DNA from: Octopus sinensis
Taxonomy: Eukaryota
NCBI RefSeq assembly: GCF_006345805.1
Contig: NC_043010.1
Span: forward strand, 16,430,001 to 16,494,000
Reading direction: 5' to 3'
DNA: 64,000 bases
In this document: positions 13,697 through 26,620 of the stretch, piece by piece
How positions within the stretch are numbered: position 1 is the stretch's first letter
How the letters are laid out: each line of letters opens with the position of its first letter
Program-made: the position numbers and the translations under genes
Notes under the pieces: generated by a model
Told to the model about the DNA's origin: nothing
Databases searched by the model: none
Seen by the model: the letters and a program-made list of their open reading frames with translations, nothing else

Positions 13697-14082
13697 CAAG
13701 GATATCGCGGTACACGTGTTTCAAGCTTTATAAACAATCCGTTATTACATCAGTGTATTATTGATATAAAAGATGGTTTAAAGCTATCTTCAGCCGCAAA
13801 CATTGTTATTCCAAAGATTACATTACAATATAAAAGATATAAAAAGTACATGTAGTATTACCCATTATAATAGGTTTATCATATCTCCTTGAAAAAGTGT
13901 ATTTGTAATATTTCCTAACTGTATAAATGTATAAGGATTCGAAATCCAATGAATCTATATACATTTATACAGTTAAAAAATTTTACAAAGAGAGCTTTAA
14001 ACCATCTTTTATATCAATAATACACTGATGTAATAACGGATTGTTTATAAAGCTTGAAACACGTGTACTGCGATATCCTTTG
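13697..14082. repeat. Inverted repeat (~90-bp arms) with an inner 18-bp hairpin, PLE-derived
   Basis: 13697-13786 vs 13993-14082; inner taactgtataaatgtata / tatacatttatacagtta. Confidence 0.85.
13705..13799 (-). ncRNA. Minimal type-I hammerhead ribozyme candidate
   Basis: UUGCGG CUGAAGA UAGCUUUA...UAAAGCUU GAAAC ACGU GUA^ CCGCGA: 6-bp stem I, intact core, 7-bp stem II after a U-U pair, palindromic stem III loop. Confidence 0.75.
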
Positions 14083-14193
14083 TGTTCTGTTTTTAATTAA
14101 TATTTGATATATTCCGTCTCACCTCTGCTACTATCTGGCATATACAGGTGCTTACAACTTATTAAGTATTCACTCCTAAATTGAAAGTACCTA

Positions 14194-14224
<31 letters not shown>

Positions 14225-14343
14225 TATATATAATTATATATATAGTTAATCCAAAACATGAACACAAGAGAAACACAACAACGCGAGGACATGGAACAAG
14301 TATAGTGTTATTGGACGCTCAGGAAAGGAAAGAAAGAAGGAGA

Positions 14344-14377
14344 ATTTAAAGTTTCGAGCGGAGCTCTCGTCAGAAAC
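14344..14377 (-). ncRNA. Minimal hammerhead candidate with mutated stem III, inside a ~215-bp element (14226-14442)
   Basis: GUUU CUGACGA GAGC UCC GCUC GAAAC UUU^ AAAU; core and stem II canonical, C-U mismatch in stem III. Confidence 0.6.
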
Positions 14378-14442
14378 ATAGAAAAAGGAAAGATCCAAGG
14401 AAGGGAAGACGGAGGAAAAAATCGCCAACGATACACACGCGG

Positions 14443-14510
<68 letters not shown>

Positions 14511-14542
14511 ATAATATATATATATATATTTATTATTTATTT

Positions 14543-14652
14543 TATAGAAGGAGCTTCTACAGGACTAGAACTGTTTCATTCAAAAGAAATCATGAGGACT
14601 CCTGATGATTCTTTGAATGAAACAGTTCTAGTCCTGTAGAAGCTCCTCTATA
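14543..14652. repeat. Palindrome containing a degenerate hammerhead (14596-14634, + strand)
   Basis: GGACUC CUGAUGA UUCUUUGAAU GAAAC AGUUC^ UAGUCC in the right arm; a one-armed copy of the same family lies at 31446-31497. Confidence 0.7.
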
Positions 14653-14851
14653 AAATAATTAATTTACTCTGCTATGTATTGAGTACCTTATTTACTGTGG
14701 TTAACCCCGACTCAACCCGGGACCTACCTATATATATATATATAAGGTTAATCCAAACAGGAAAACAGAAAAAACAACACGTGGACAATTAAAGTATTAT
14801 TTTAGGCGCTCAGGAAAGAGGGAAGAAGGAGGAGGATATATATATATATAG

Positions 14852-14884
<33 letters not shown>

Positions 14885-15399
14885 ATATATATTGTATATG
14901 TTGTGTGTGTGTGTATCATATATGTGTATGTAGATATTATATATATACTTATATGTTCTATATATATATATATATATTATATATAATATATATATATATA
15001 TATATCTATATATATATATATATATATCAAAATATGTAGTATATATGTGCATATATATATATGTATAATATATGCATGTATATATGTATAATATGTATGC
15101 ATATATGTATGTATATCTGTATATGTATATATATATGCTATATATATGTTTGTGCATATATATATATATATATAATATATATATATATGTAAATGTAATA
15201 TGTGACACTTATCTTCTATTTACATTATTTATAATTATTTACAATTATTCCTCTATTTACATAATATCGAGGTCCCTTTCATTCTTTTGTTGTCTTACCA
15301 TTTTTATCAATATATATATATGTGTGTGTGTGTGTGTGTATGTATATGTATGTATATATGTATATGTAGGTATATATATATATAATTATATTCTTTTAT

Positions 15400-15580
15400 T
15401 GTTTTACTAATTTCAGTCATCTGACTGCGGCCATGCTAGAGCACCGCCTTTAGTCGAGCAACTCGACCGCAGAACTTATTCTTTGTAAGCCTAGTATTTA
15501 TTCTATCGGTGTTTTTTTTTTTTTTTTACCGAAACGCTAAGTTACGGGGACGTAAACACACTGACATCTGTTGTCAGGCG
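15400..15580 (-). mobile_element. 3' part of the CORE-like tRNA-derived SINE family
   Basis: tttcagtcatctgactgcggccatgctagagcaccgcctttagtcgag matches the fuller copies at 19351, 28289 and 30527. Confidence 0.75.
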
Positions 15581-15724
15581 TGTGTGGGGAGGATATTTGT
15601 CCTCCATCCTTCATCAGTTGTCTTGGGCAAATTTCGAACCTCGGTTCTCATTCCTAAGGTATTTTTCGATACTGTTGTTGTTGTTGTTGTTGTTGCTGCT
15701 GTTGTTATTATTATTATTCAAGTC

Positions 15725-15759
<35 letters not shown>

Positions 15760-15874
15760 TGTATGTATGTATGTATGTATGTATGTATGTATGTATGTAT
15801 TATATATATATATAATAATTTAATATAATATATACAACATATATAAATATATGTATACACCACACACACACACA

Positions 15875-15992
15875 CACGGACGGGACATTCGAAGCCTTCA
15901 ATCTTCAGTCAAGAACCGGATCATCCTCGCAATTTCGGCGAGGATGATCCGGTTCTTGACTGAAGTTGAAGGCTTCGAATGTCCCGTCCGTG
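15875..15992. repeat. Near-perfect GC-rich palindrome (56-bp arms, 7-nt loop)
   Basis: cacggacgggacattcgaagcc...catcctcgc aatttcg gcgaggatg...ggcttcgaatgtcccgtccgtg; arms differ by one indel. Confidence 0.95.
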
Positions 15993-16087
15993 TTTTTTGT
16001 ATCGTCTTCTAAAGTTTTGCGTTCTTGTCCCAGTTGTGTTTTTTTACATATACATATATATATGGCGACGCCCGTACCCTTTTTGGT

Positions 16088-16162
<75 letters not shown>

Positions 16163-16498
16163 CATGTATAAGTAGCATCATATACCTAAATCTGCAGATA
16201 TCTCTATGTATCTCTGATGAACTTTTTTCCGTCTTCAATATTTTGAGAGCATGTATTTATAAGTGTGTGTGTGTGTGTGTGTGTATACGCACACACACGC
16301 TCACACACATATACATTTGTTTGAATATACATGTATATGCGTTTATGTATATAAAGGATGTAATACCTTACAGCGGATACATTATATTCTATCTTATCAA
16401 ACACACGAATGTCTTCCTGTCTTAGGTAATGTAGTGAAACAATTCAACTGTTGTCAGGCATGTGTGTGTATATATATATATGTGTGTGTGTGTGTCTG

Positions 16499-16601
<103 letters not shown>

Positions 16602-16679
16602 GTGTGGTGTGTGTGTGTGTGTGTATGTATATGTGTGTCTAAGTATATATATATATGTATCTATATATATATGTATATG

Positions 16680-16724
<45 letters not shown>

Positions 16725-16870
16725 GTATATATATGTATTTATATATGCATATGTATATGTGTAGTATGTATATTATATGTATATATATATATGCATGTGT
16801 ATATTTATATATATATATATATATATATGTGTATGTGTGTGTGTGAGATTAGGGCTGTGGTGTGTGTATG

Positions 16871-16923
<53 letters not shown>

Positions 16924-17245
16924 TAATACACACACACACGCACACACTCCTCGTCTCCTCGCGTAAAACTGTCCCCTCATGGTTCGTAGGCTTGCTAACT
17001 GCATTTGGTCTTTTCCAATGCCGGTTGCACAGGGAAAGAGTTACCCGGTACTCGTTGTGTGGTTGTTCTTGTTAAGAAGGGCATCTAGCCCTAGAAACCA
17101 TACTAAAGCAGAAACTGGGGCACAATGCCGTCCTATGGCCCACTGGATCCTGTCAAACACTCTAACCCCTGCCAACATGGAACATGGACGCTAAATGATG
17201 TGGATGATTCTGGCATGTATGTATATATGTATGTCTACCTATGTG

Positions 17246-17543
17246 TGTGGAGGCACATGGTCTAGTGGTTAGAGCAGTGAACTCGCAGTCGAGGGAACGC
17301 GGGTTCGAATCTTAGACCGGGCGATATGTGTGTGTGTGTTTATGAGCGAAATACCTAAGCTCCACGCTGCTCCAGCAGGAATTAATGGCGAACTTCTGCT
17401 GACTCTTTCGCTACAACTTTCTTTCACCCTTTCCTCTTGCATTTAGCGACGCAGGTGGGGAACCTATACGCCAATGAACCCGGGAAACCGACCCTTATGA
17501 GCAAGGCATTGCTCGAGAAGGAGCAAACAACAACAACAACAAC
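17246..17543 (+). mobile_element. tRNA-derived SINE (Arg-like head) with (AAC)n tail
   Basis: A box tggtctagtggtt, B box ggttcgaatc; second copy at 58683-58986 on the minus strand. Confidence 0.8.
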
Positions 17544-17574
17544 CTATGTGTGTAATATATATGGATCTGTATGT

Positions 17575-17715
17575 GTGTGAAGGTGCATGGTTTCGTGGTT
17601 AAGGATGTTACACTCACAATCGCAAGATTGTGGTTTCGATTTTTGGACAAGGCGGTGCACTGTGTTCTTGAGCAAAACACTTTATTTATGGTTCCTCCAG
17701 TTCACCCAGATAGCA
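17575..17715 (+). mobile_element. tRNA-derived SINE, second family, partial
   Basis: catggtttcgtggttaagg...ggtttcgatt...gtgttcttgagcaaaacacttt; related copy at 53045-53250. Confidence 0.6.
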
Positions 17716-19350
17716 GAAACGAGTGAGATGGAGGAAGTGCCATATATATATATATATACGCCATAGAATCCAAGAAACCGGCCTTATTAGTCTATGGTTC
17801 GGGAAGGCCCTTTGATTCTTAGTGTGTTTGTGTTTATATATGAATGCAACAAAATCTCTGTCAATTAGAAACTCCTAAACAAGTATTGCCCTTGCCGGAA
17901 TTCGAATCCTAATCAAGGACAATCATGCAATATTAATATATGGCTTCATATATACCACAACAAAGAACTCCCAGAAGAAATAAATTTACCTCTCTAAGAA
18001 ACTAGAATTTCAATGGAGGACAACTTAGAACCATGAGAACACAAGATACAAAAGGTTCACAGTCAACAAGCACATCAAACGTAATTATCCCATCTTCAGC
18101 TGCCTTATGGATATCATTGTGGTTTCGACATCAGGAAAGTATCAGTCAATCCGGCGGTGTTACCAGCATTAGAATCGTAAACGTTGCCTAGGAATTTATA
18201 GATCAGAAGCATGGGCCTGACATTAGTACAATATGTCCATTACGTCTAATTTGCTGAGTGTTACAAACACAAATACAAGCATCAAATCTAAATGTATAGA
18301 TATGTGATATTAAAACCATATACACCTCGTATGTTGAACCTGATAATCGGTAACCAAGTCACAGAAAATACTGTAAACATCGCAAAAGTGGAGTAAACCT
18401 ATAAATCTACATTTTATTATTTATATACTTATTTGACATGACTGTATGTAAAAATTTAAAATGTTAATATATGTAAATTGTTAATGTCATTTACATGTGG
18501 TTGATGACAGAGGAGCCTCGTGTAGTGGTGGTGGGTGGATACATAGAAGTGATAACTTCTTATTGCGAGTTAGTAGTGCAATGTTGTTGCACTGGTCCTT
18601 AAATCCTCTTCACGGAAGTTTGCGGTGATTGAGGAGGGACTGCGTCAATCGCAGGTGGACTATTACCATCATTAGCAAGTTTTACAGTTGTTGTTGAGAA
18701 GAAATTCTACTTATTGAAAAATGAGTGAACTTTCAGTGGTTTACCTTGCTGATGCTGTTTCAAGATAATGAGTTCCAAGATGTTGGCAATATTGCTAAAG
18801 AAACAGGGTCTGTTGATAAGTCACTGAACAAATTGACGCTATCAAGGAATTCTCTTATCACAGAATGGTCAATGGTTAGTCATCTTTATCAGCTACTAAC
18901 TCATCCTAACCTTATCTCTATTCTTATCAGCGAGAACTTCATCTGCAAACGTTTTCTTCTGCTAACATTTGGTATTCACTGTCACCTCTCCGTGTTTTCT
19001 AATCAGGTTCTGACAATATCTTCTGTGACATCTCCTGCCCCCTTAAGTCTATAATAAAATCCACTTGCCTCAAATTCTTCGAAATCGTATTTTACTTCCA
19101 ATATTGAACATGCACCTTATTCTGCCCTTATTACTGACAACTTGTTTACAAACCGGTATGGAGGGAGAGTTGTTCAAAATTAGTGGCTCCTTCATTATCT
19201 CACCAGTAGAGATATCCAGGACCCCTTGGTATTTGTGGCACTGCACGGATGATATGCGAGAAACCAGTCGTTAAAGATATGTTGAACCATGATTTCTTAA
19301 AATGGGAAGCTGGTACTTGATGTCTTTGAAGACTGGCGCATCTCCTTATA

Positions 19351-19757
19351 CTCTTTATTCTTTATACTTGTTTCAGTCATTTGACTGCGGCTATGCTGGA
19401 GCACCGCCTTTTAGTCGAGCAAATCGACCCCAGGACTTATTCTTTGTAAGCCTAGTACTTATTCTATCGGTCTTTTTTGCCGAACTGCTAAGTGACGGGG
19501 ACGTAAACACACCAGCATCGGTTGTCAAGTGATGTTGGGGGGTGGGGGACACAGACAGACAAACACACACACATATATATATATATATACATATATTCGA
19601 CGGGCTTCTTTCAGTTTCCGTCTACCAAATCCACTCACAAGGCTTTGGTCGGCTCGAAGCTATAGTAGAAGACACTTGCCCAAGGTGCCACGCAGTGGGA
19701 CTGAACCCGGAACCATGTGGTCGGTAAGCAATTTACTTACTACACAGCTACTCCTGC
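19351..19757 (-). mobile_element. Full-length CORE-like tRNA-derived SINE
   Basis: tRNA-like head, gcaccttgggcaagtgtcttc core, internal (TA)/(TG) tract and conserved 3' module; matches 28289 and 30527. Confidence 0.85.
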
Positions 19758-19996
19758 GCGTCGAAATGCTAAAGAGAATGTGTGTGCGTGCGCACATGTG
19801 TGTGTGTGTGTTTGAGTGCGTTTTGGGTTGCTAGCATTATTGTCTGTTCTACATAAAAAGAAAATTTAGTCAAATAAAGACGTAAAGGTGTTTATTCGTT
19901 TCACTAACCAAAAATGAAAAAGACTTGGACTCTGGCAAGAAGACTCCCTTCCTTGTCATAGAGGCAAACAACCAACCAATCAACTGACATACATAT

Positions 19997-20060
<64 letters not shown>

Positions 20061-20128
20061 CCGCTCTCTCTTTTTTCATCTCTCTCCCTCCCTCTTTTAC
20101 TATCTTTCTCTCCCTCCCCCTTTTACTA

Positions 20129-20168
<40 letters not shown>

Positions 20169-20223
20169 GTCGATCTCTGATTCTCTGTCAGTCTGACTTT
20201 CTTTATCTCTCTCTATGTACACT

Positions 20224-20259
<36 letters not shown>

Positions 20260-22123
20260 CACACACACACACCACACACACACACACACACACACTCTCA
20301 TTGCAGCTGGTACATCCTGTATATGGATTTCAGATTAAGGACCACATCGTTGTTTTATCTCTCACCTGTCTATAAGAGAATTATGTCTTATTTAAGGTAG
20401 CATTTAAAAGATAAAAATCTAGGACAGAGCAAACAGGGAGTGGCACGGATAGGTTTATCTCTTTTTCATTGGTTTCTGATGTTGTAGAATATCAACGAAA
20501 CAACCTCTGGATTCCGCTGGAATACCACTTTACTATATGTCCTACCACTGGGCACCACATCACAACATTAACCATTGCATACCACTAGACCACATCTCAT
20601 TATCACACATTACCTTTACGAAATCATAACGCCATCACATCACAGGAATACCACATTCTGCTTTTGCCTCATTGAAACCATATCACATAGACTAGAATCG
20701 AAAGTTCACAGTAAAACATACACTGGTCATATGGCACCGTAATACATTATGGAAATTAGCCCCATATCGTCATACAAAACTACCAGGGTACAGACCATTC
20801 GTTACATCATACGGTGACACACTGTAGAAGACTACATATCATTACACAGTAGTTTCACATGCAGTAAGGCATCATATGGCATAGTAACCATTCCTGGACT
20901 GCATCATATTACATTAAATTTGTTTAAATGTTGCTGGATACCATACGTTACCTTAAAAATTGAACAGCACTTTTGCGACTTCGATTGACATATTGATTGC
21001 CAGTGGATATACATGTGGAGAAATATGGCAAAAATTTCCACCAGAAAGTTTAGAACGTGGTGGCGCTCTACACTGAGGAAGTATTGGATCCAGAAATCAT
21101 ACGGTTAATATTATCACTCCTTTCTTTTTCTAACGAATTCTTTTTTCATATCGTATTTTTATATTTCAATATAATATCGTGAAATTTAATTTAATGAATG
21201 GCGATTAAATTATTGGGGAAAATGGTCAACGTTTATTGAATGTTAGGATTCTTTTATTCTTTTACTGATATCACTCATTGATCGTGGCCACACTGGAGCA
21301 TCTCCTTAAAGAGGATTTAGTAAACATGTCGAGCCCATAATATATTTCAGTCAGGCATTTATATTATTGATTTCTGTTTGTCAAATAGCTAAGTTACATA
21401 AAGGGGTGTAAGTCAACACACTGCTTTTACATTTCTGATCACTTCTGCTGCTCTGTGGAGATAGAATTATTGCCTAATATTTTATTTTTGATTTTGTATT
21501 TTCCTCAAATTAGTTGCAAATCATAGAACACTTTCTCGGTCGAAATCCGGAACACACCTGTGTGCTTGCCTGATTGCTTACCTGAGCATATTTATTTGTT
21601 TATACGAATATCTATAGAAGTGAAACAAAGATATGTAGAACGGCAATGCTGGAACTTCTCTCTCTCTCTCTTCTTCACTCTCTCTTCCTCCTCTTTCTTT
21701 CCCTCTCTTCCCTTCACACCTTTTCCCTCTTTCTCTTTCTGAGGCCATAAGATTTTATATGGCATTATATTTACTTGAAGCCGTTTCATCTTCCTTCATC
21801 TAACAATGACGCAGCAACACCACCCCACCTCACCAACCACCTCTCACCCCTAAATCCTGTTCTAGCAATTTCTTCCTCATCGCATTCTATGATCATTCCT
21901 TAATGAAAGTAAACTGCTCCATATTATCATGACCACACTCACTGGGACTTCAAGTCATCTGGCAGGAACTTTGCTTGTTCTACGCTACACTTGTTAATAT
22001 ATGCCAAACCAAAGTAATCAAGGGGCCAATACTGTCCCCTTAGTTATTTCCTTTAATTTCCCTTACGCAAGTAGAACAGCTCACTTAAAACCCTCAAATT
22101 GTTCAAATGCGTTCCAATGTATG

Positions 22124-23045
22124 GAAACACGTAATCGATTTACTCTTAACGTTTTTGACAACGTTTTGTATTTTAGAAGTTACTTCATGTTAAAGCTGTC
22201 GTATTTCGGTAATTGTAACCAACCAATGACGTGTATTCAGCTGAAGAAAGCTACTGCTGTTTGCGAAAGTAATGGAAGAGCAACAACATCCGGGTCATCA
22301 GGTCATCTGTTTTGGACGCTGCATACATAAATGTACGTAAATACACAGACACGTGCATACGTATACACACATACACACTCACATATGCAACTTCTAGAAC
22401 GCTGTGGAAAGGAAAGAGAGATGGACGTGGGGAATACATAGCTTTAAGGAGGGAGGCGGTTGTGAAGTTGACCACAGTTGTTCATGCTGTCCATCACACA
22501 CACACACACACACATACACACACACATTCATATGTAAAGCTGATAAAACCCCGAATGGAAGCAAGGAAAAGGAGAGGGTTTGATAAATCAATATGCAGTG
22601 GTAGGGAGGTTGGTAAGATTATATAAGCTGTCGTTCAGATCGTCAACACACCACCATTCTCTCTCTCTCTCTCTCTCTCTCTCTACGATTTGCTGGAAAT
22701 AACAGCCAAATCTCTCTGTGTCACACGCTAACATTATATAAATTGGATAATATGGAAAAAATACACACGCACAGACACACGTATGGATTCCCTATAAAAG
22801 AACTTTCTGTTTTTCTCACCCACCTTTCTTATCTTTTATAATGTTCTCCCACCTCTCTCTCTCTCTTTCATGACCCGATGACCCGGAAGTTGTTGCTCTT
22901 CCATTAATTTCGCAAGCAGCAGTAACTTTCTTCAGCTGAACACACGTCATTGATTGGTTAAAATTACCTAAATACGACAACTTTAACACGAAATAACTTC
23001 TAAAATACAAAGTTTTGTCAAAAACGTTAAGAGTAAACCGTGTTC
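22124..23045. mobile_element. Long-TIR fold-back/MITE-like element (arms 22124-22306 and 22870-23045)
   Basis: ~180-bp inverted arms, moderately diverged, ~560-bp unrelated spacer; no clean TSD. Confidence 0.7.
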
Positions 23046-24300
23046 TAAGTGACACATTCAACCAGTATCCCAAGTTTCAAACTGTTTAGTTAAAAAAAAA
23101 TTAATTAAAAAATCTGTGACTGGCTTTGAAAAGATCCAGGATCCTTTCCCTGGTCATTCAATCTACAAGAAATAGCAACCAATTCTCCCTCAAATCACAC
23201 TGTACTGTCTTGAAAAAAAGGAAGGGTATATTAGCTAATGTATTTCCTAGATACCCATAAAAAGAGAGGATAGTCCTGGCTGGAACGCTTTCGATCATCG
23301 GTCGATCAGGGTTAACATAGCGTTAAGCAATAGCAAACCAAAACAATTTTCTTCACATCGTCACTGCCGTATCCAACATCATCAAGAACTGGAGCAACAC
23401 CACCACATCACACACAGATTCTAAAACAATTACATTCAAAGATCACCTCAACACACTGTTCTAAATCTTCCCAAACTATTCAAACCATTATCTGAGAATT
23501 CTTTTAGAATTGTTCCCGTTTTAAACCAATGAATGAAGGCTCGTGTGTCAATGTTTCACGGCAACTCTTTAGAAGAAGAAAAGAAAGAAGGAAGAAAGAG
23601 AGGCAGTGAGATATGGGGGCGGGGTGGGGTGAAGGAAAGAAAAAAATAGATTGAAAGCTAAGATAGACTCTAGCGTATGTGTGCGTAGACAGACAGACAG
23701 ACAGACAGACGCCTTCATCATTACCTCTCACTATTACCACTTTCCCCTCACACCCATATCATCATCATCATCATCATCATCACCATCACCGTCAGTAGCA
23801 GTAGTAGCAGCATCACTATGTTTTTCCCATCACAATACCACATGGCAATACACCACACCCAAGATGTCGGTGGACAATTTGTTTTCTTTGTGCTGATCGT
23901 AACCATATGTCCAGACAGCCAGCCGGCCGGACAGACAGACGAACATGTCACACAACTTAGATGTCCTCTGTAACAAAACATGGCTGAAAAACGTGTTTAA
24001 TGAGGAAGGTGGTGTACATAGAGATGTTGCAAAGAGGAAAGGGATTTCTCGAAGGGCGTTGGTGGTGGTGGTGGTGGTGGTCTGGCGGTCGGGGGTACGC
24101 GATTATTAGAGGAAAACGAATTTGACTAGCGAGAATATTGTTTTGATAATAGATCCTACTCGATTGTGGTTGCTCTGGGCTAAACAACAATGTGCACAGG
24201 ATGCATTGGATTGGATTGAGTGGTCAGTGTAAATAGTAGGGTCTTTGACGGTAGAGAGAACCTGGGTGACGAGAAGACGTCAGGGTGTATATAACTAGGT

Positions 24301-24540
24301 AAGAGAGTCCAGTTTGCTGGACATTGTTGTAGAGCTGAAAAAGAGGTAATTGCTACTCTTCTCCTCTGGAAGCCATCTACTCGCAATACCAGAGGGCGCA
24401 CACTCTCCTACCCTGATGTAATCTCCAGGGATACAGGCATCCAGCAACAGGACCTCCGTAATGCCATGATGGACCGTGAAGTCTGGCGTGGCATGGTAAA
24501 TTCCATTGTCTCGACCACGGTCGAACAACGATGATGATGA
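24301..24540 (+). mobile_element. 5'-truncated RTE-clade LINE with a 15-bp TSD
   Basis: RVQFAGHCCRAEKEVIATLLLWKP...RGRTLSYPDVISRDTG...AMMDREVWR; (GAT)n tail; TSD tgtatataactaggt at 24286-24300 and 24541-24555. Confidence 0.88.
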
Positions 24541-24865
24541 TGTATATAACTAGGTCGCTTTCAAGGAGCAGTTGCAGTTGAAGCAGCGCTAGAAGATATA
24601 GGATGCGACATCAGGGGTGGTGGTGATATAAAAGATGTTGGAGGGGGGGGGCTGAGTGAATTATTTGCTAGTTTTTGTATAGTAGTCGAAGCGCCGTCCT
24701 AGATGTGAGAGCAACAGAACTCCATTATTTGTTAAGGGCAAAATCAGATTTAAATTTGGTAAGGTCCTAAACTCTGTAAAGGGGTCCTTTTTCGAAGACC
24801 AGAAGGTCTCATAAAACAGAAAACATTAACGTATTATTTTGTTATATAATTTTGAGGCTGTAAAC

Positions 24866-25170
24866 CAGTGATTCTCAACTGGGGTCCATAAAATCTCTTG
24901 GGGGTTCTTGTAAGACCTTTGGGGGTCCATACAAGCAAAATAGTAAATTGACGATGCACAATAGTATTTTAAGGGTTCATTAAACCCTACTACTTTGGAT
25001 GTATCCCCCCCCCCAAAGCTAGCTTTCTTTGTCTCATGTTTTACATGGCAATTTTGAAAGACGTTTCTATGAAACTAGTTTTTAAACATCAAATGGCTAT
25101 GGGTGTTCACCAGAATAAAATAGTAATCAAAGCGGTCCCTAGATAGAAAAAAAATGTTTGAGAAACCCTG
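24866..25170. mobile_element. hAT (Charlie-type) MITE
   Basis: TIRs cagtgattctcaac / gtttgagaaaccctg; 8-bp TSD ctgtaaac / ctctaaac (one mismatch). Confidence 0.8.
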
Positions 25171-26001
25171 CTCTAAACTATTATTTAAAAACCTAAAATT
25201 GAATCTCATACTGGTATTTTTAGCAACTTTTCCTGTGAAGCTCTGTGGAGGAAGTAATTCGCATGTTGAAATGTCTGCGAGTATTTCTTTGCGACTCGAG
25301 TCTTTTGGTACTTCAGCTCACATGTCGGTAATAAGTACCCAATCTACTGGTGGAGATGGTTACTTACCATAAACTAAAGTATTAACCAAGAGAGAGGATT
25401 AGATTTCTTTTACTCTCGTCCATCAAACACAGAAACTGGAATGAATCACTAAAGATTCGGATGGATGGAATTGCCATAAAATAGGGGATTATTTAATTGT
25501 AAGAATAATTCTTCTCGGGAAGGAGTGGGGTAGAAAGAAAAGGGGCAGAAAAAAAAAAAGCGGAAGGAAGAAAAGAATAAAATGTAATGAAAATGCCTAT
25601 GAATGAATGTGAGAGTTTTCTGTCAGCTTTCGGCACAGAAGTTACCCTGCTGGATGTTGAAATGACCTACATTCTTCAGTTACACCATTACCCAGTTCTT
25701 GGGGGAATTACTTCCACATCACAACTTAACAGATTCTCAAATTATACCAAACACTCACAACTTCACATAAACAATTATTTTCCTTGTTTCTTTATTTTTG
25801 CTTTCATCGCTATCATCGTTATTGTCAGTGTTAAGTACTGCTGTTGTTTAGCCCCCGGTCGGCGCCAACTGAGTACACCAAACTTATTATAATGAAAGAC
25901 ATAGCATCCATGACCATCCCGTCATTTTTCAGATATTTTGTACCTCACACCACAGCCACTGTGTTCTTTTCTTCATTTGATGGTAGGATGTCATTTGAGA
26001 T

Positions 26002-26620
26002 GCGGCGAGCTGGCAGAATCGTTAGCATGCCGGGCAAAATGCTTCGCGAGATTTCGTCCGTCTATCACATTCTGAGTTCAAATTCCGCCGAGGTTGACTT
26101 TGCCTTTCATCCTTTTGGGGCCGATTAAACAAGTACCAGTTGAGCACTGGGGGTCAATGTAATCGACTTGCCATCTCCCTCCAAATTTCCGGCCTTGTAG
26201 AATAGTTTGTACACCGGTCAAAATACTTCGCAGCATTTCATCCGTCTTTACGTTCTGAGTTCAAATTCCGCCGAGGTCCACTTTGCCTTCCATCCCTTCG
26301 GGGTCGATAAAATAAGTTGCTGGAGTTGATGCAATCGACTTTCCTCTCCCTCCAAATTGCCAACCTTGTGCCAAAATTACAAAGAATTATTGTTGTTGTT
26401 GTTAAGGCTGCGAGCTGGCAGAATCGTTAGCACGCTGGACGAAATGCTCAGAGCTGTTTCGCCCGTCTTTACGATCTGAGTTCAAATTCCGTCGAGGTCG
26501 ACTCTGCCTTTCATCCTTTCGGGGTCGATAAATTAAGTACCAGTCATGTACTGGGTTCGATATAATCAACTCATCCTCTTCTCCCAAAATTGCTGCCCTT
26601 GGGGCAAAATTTGAAACCAT
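26002..26620 (+). mobile_element. Cluster of three copies of the ggcggcgagctggcagaatcgttagc SINE (middle copy headless)
   Basis: Shared core ttctgagttcaaattccgccgaggtcgactttgcctttcatcctttcggggtcgataa; resembles a Meta-domain-type SINE core (recall). Confidence 0.85.

Noticed and set aside
17246-17325. tRNA gene
   Set aside because: The tRNA-like head continues into a SINE body present twice in the window; likewise the heads at 19700, 30527 and 58920.
20478-20515. Hammerhead-like ctgatgttg...caacgaaac
   Set aside because: Core lacks GA of CUGANGA, and stems I and III do not pair.
25369-25440. Minus-strand exon ending atg|gtaagt
   Set aside because: Stops in all three frames of the putative exon.
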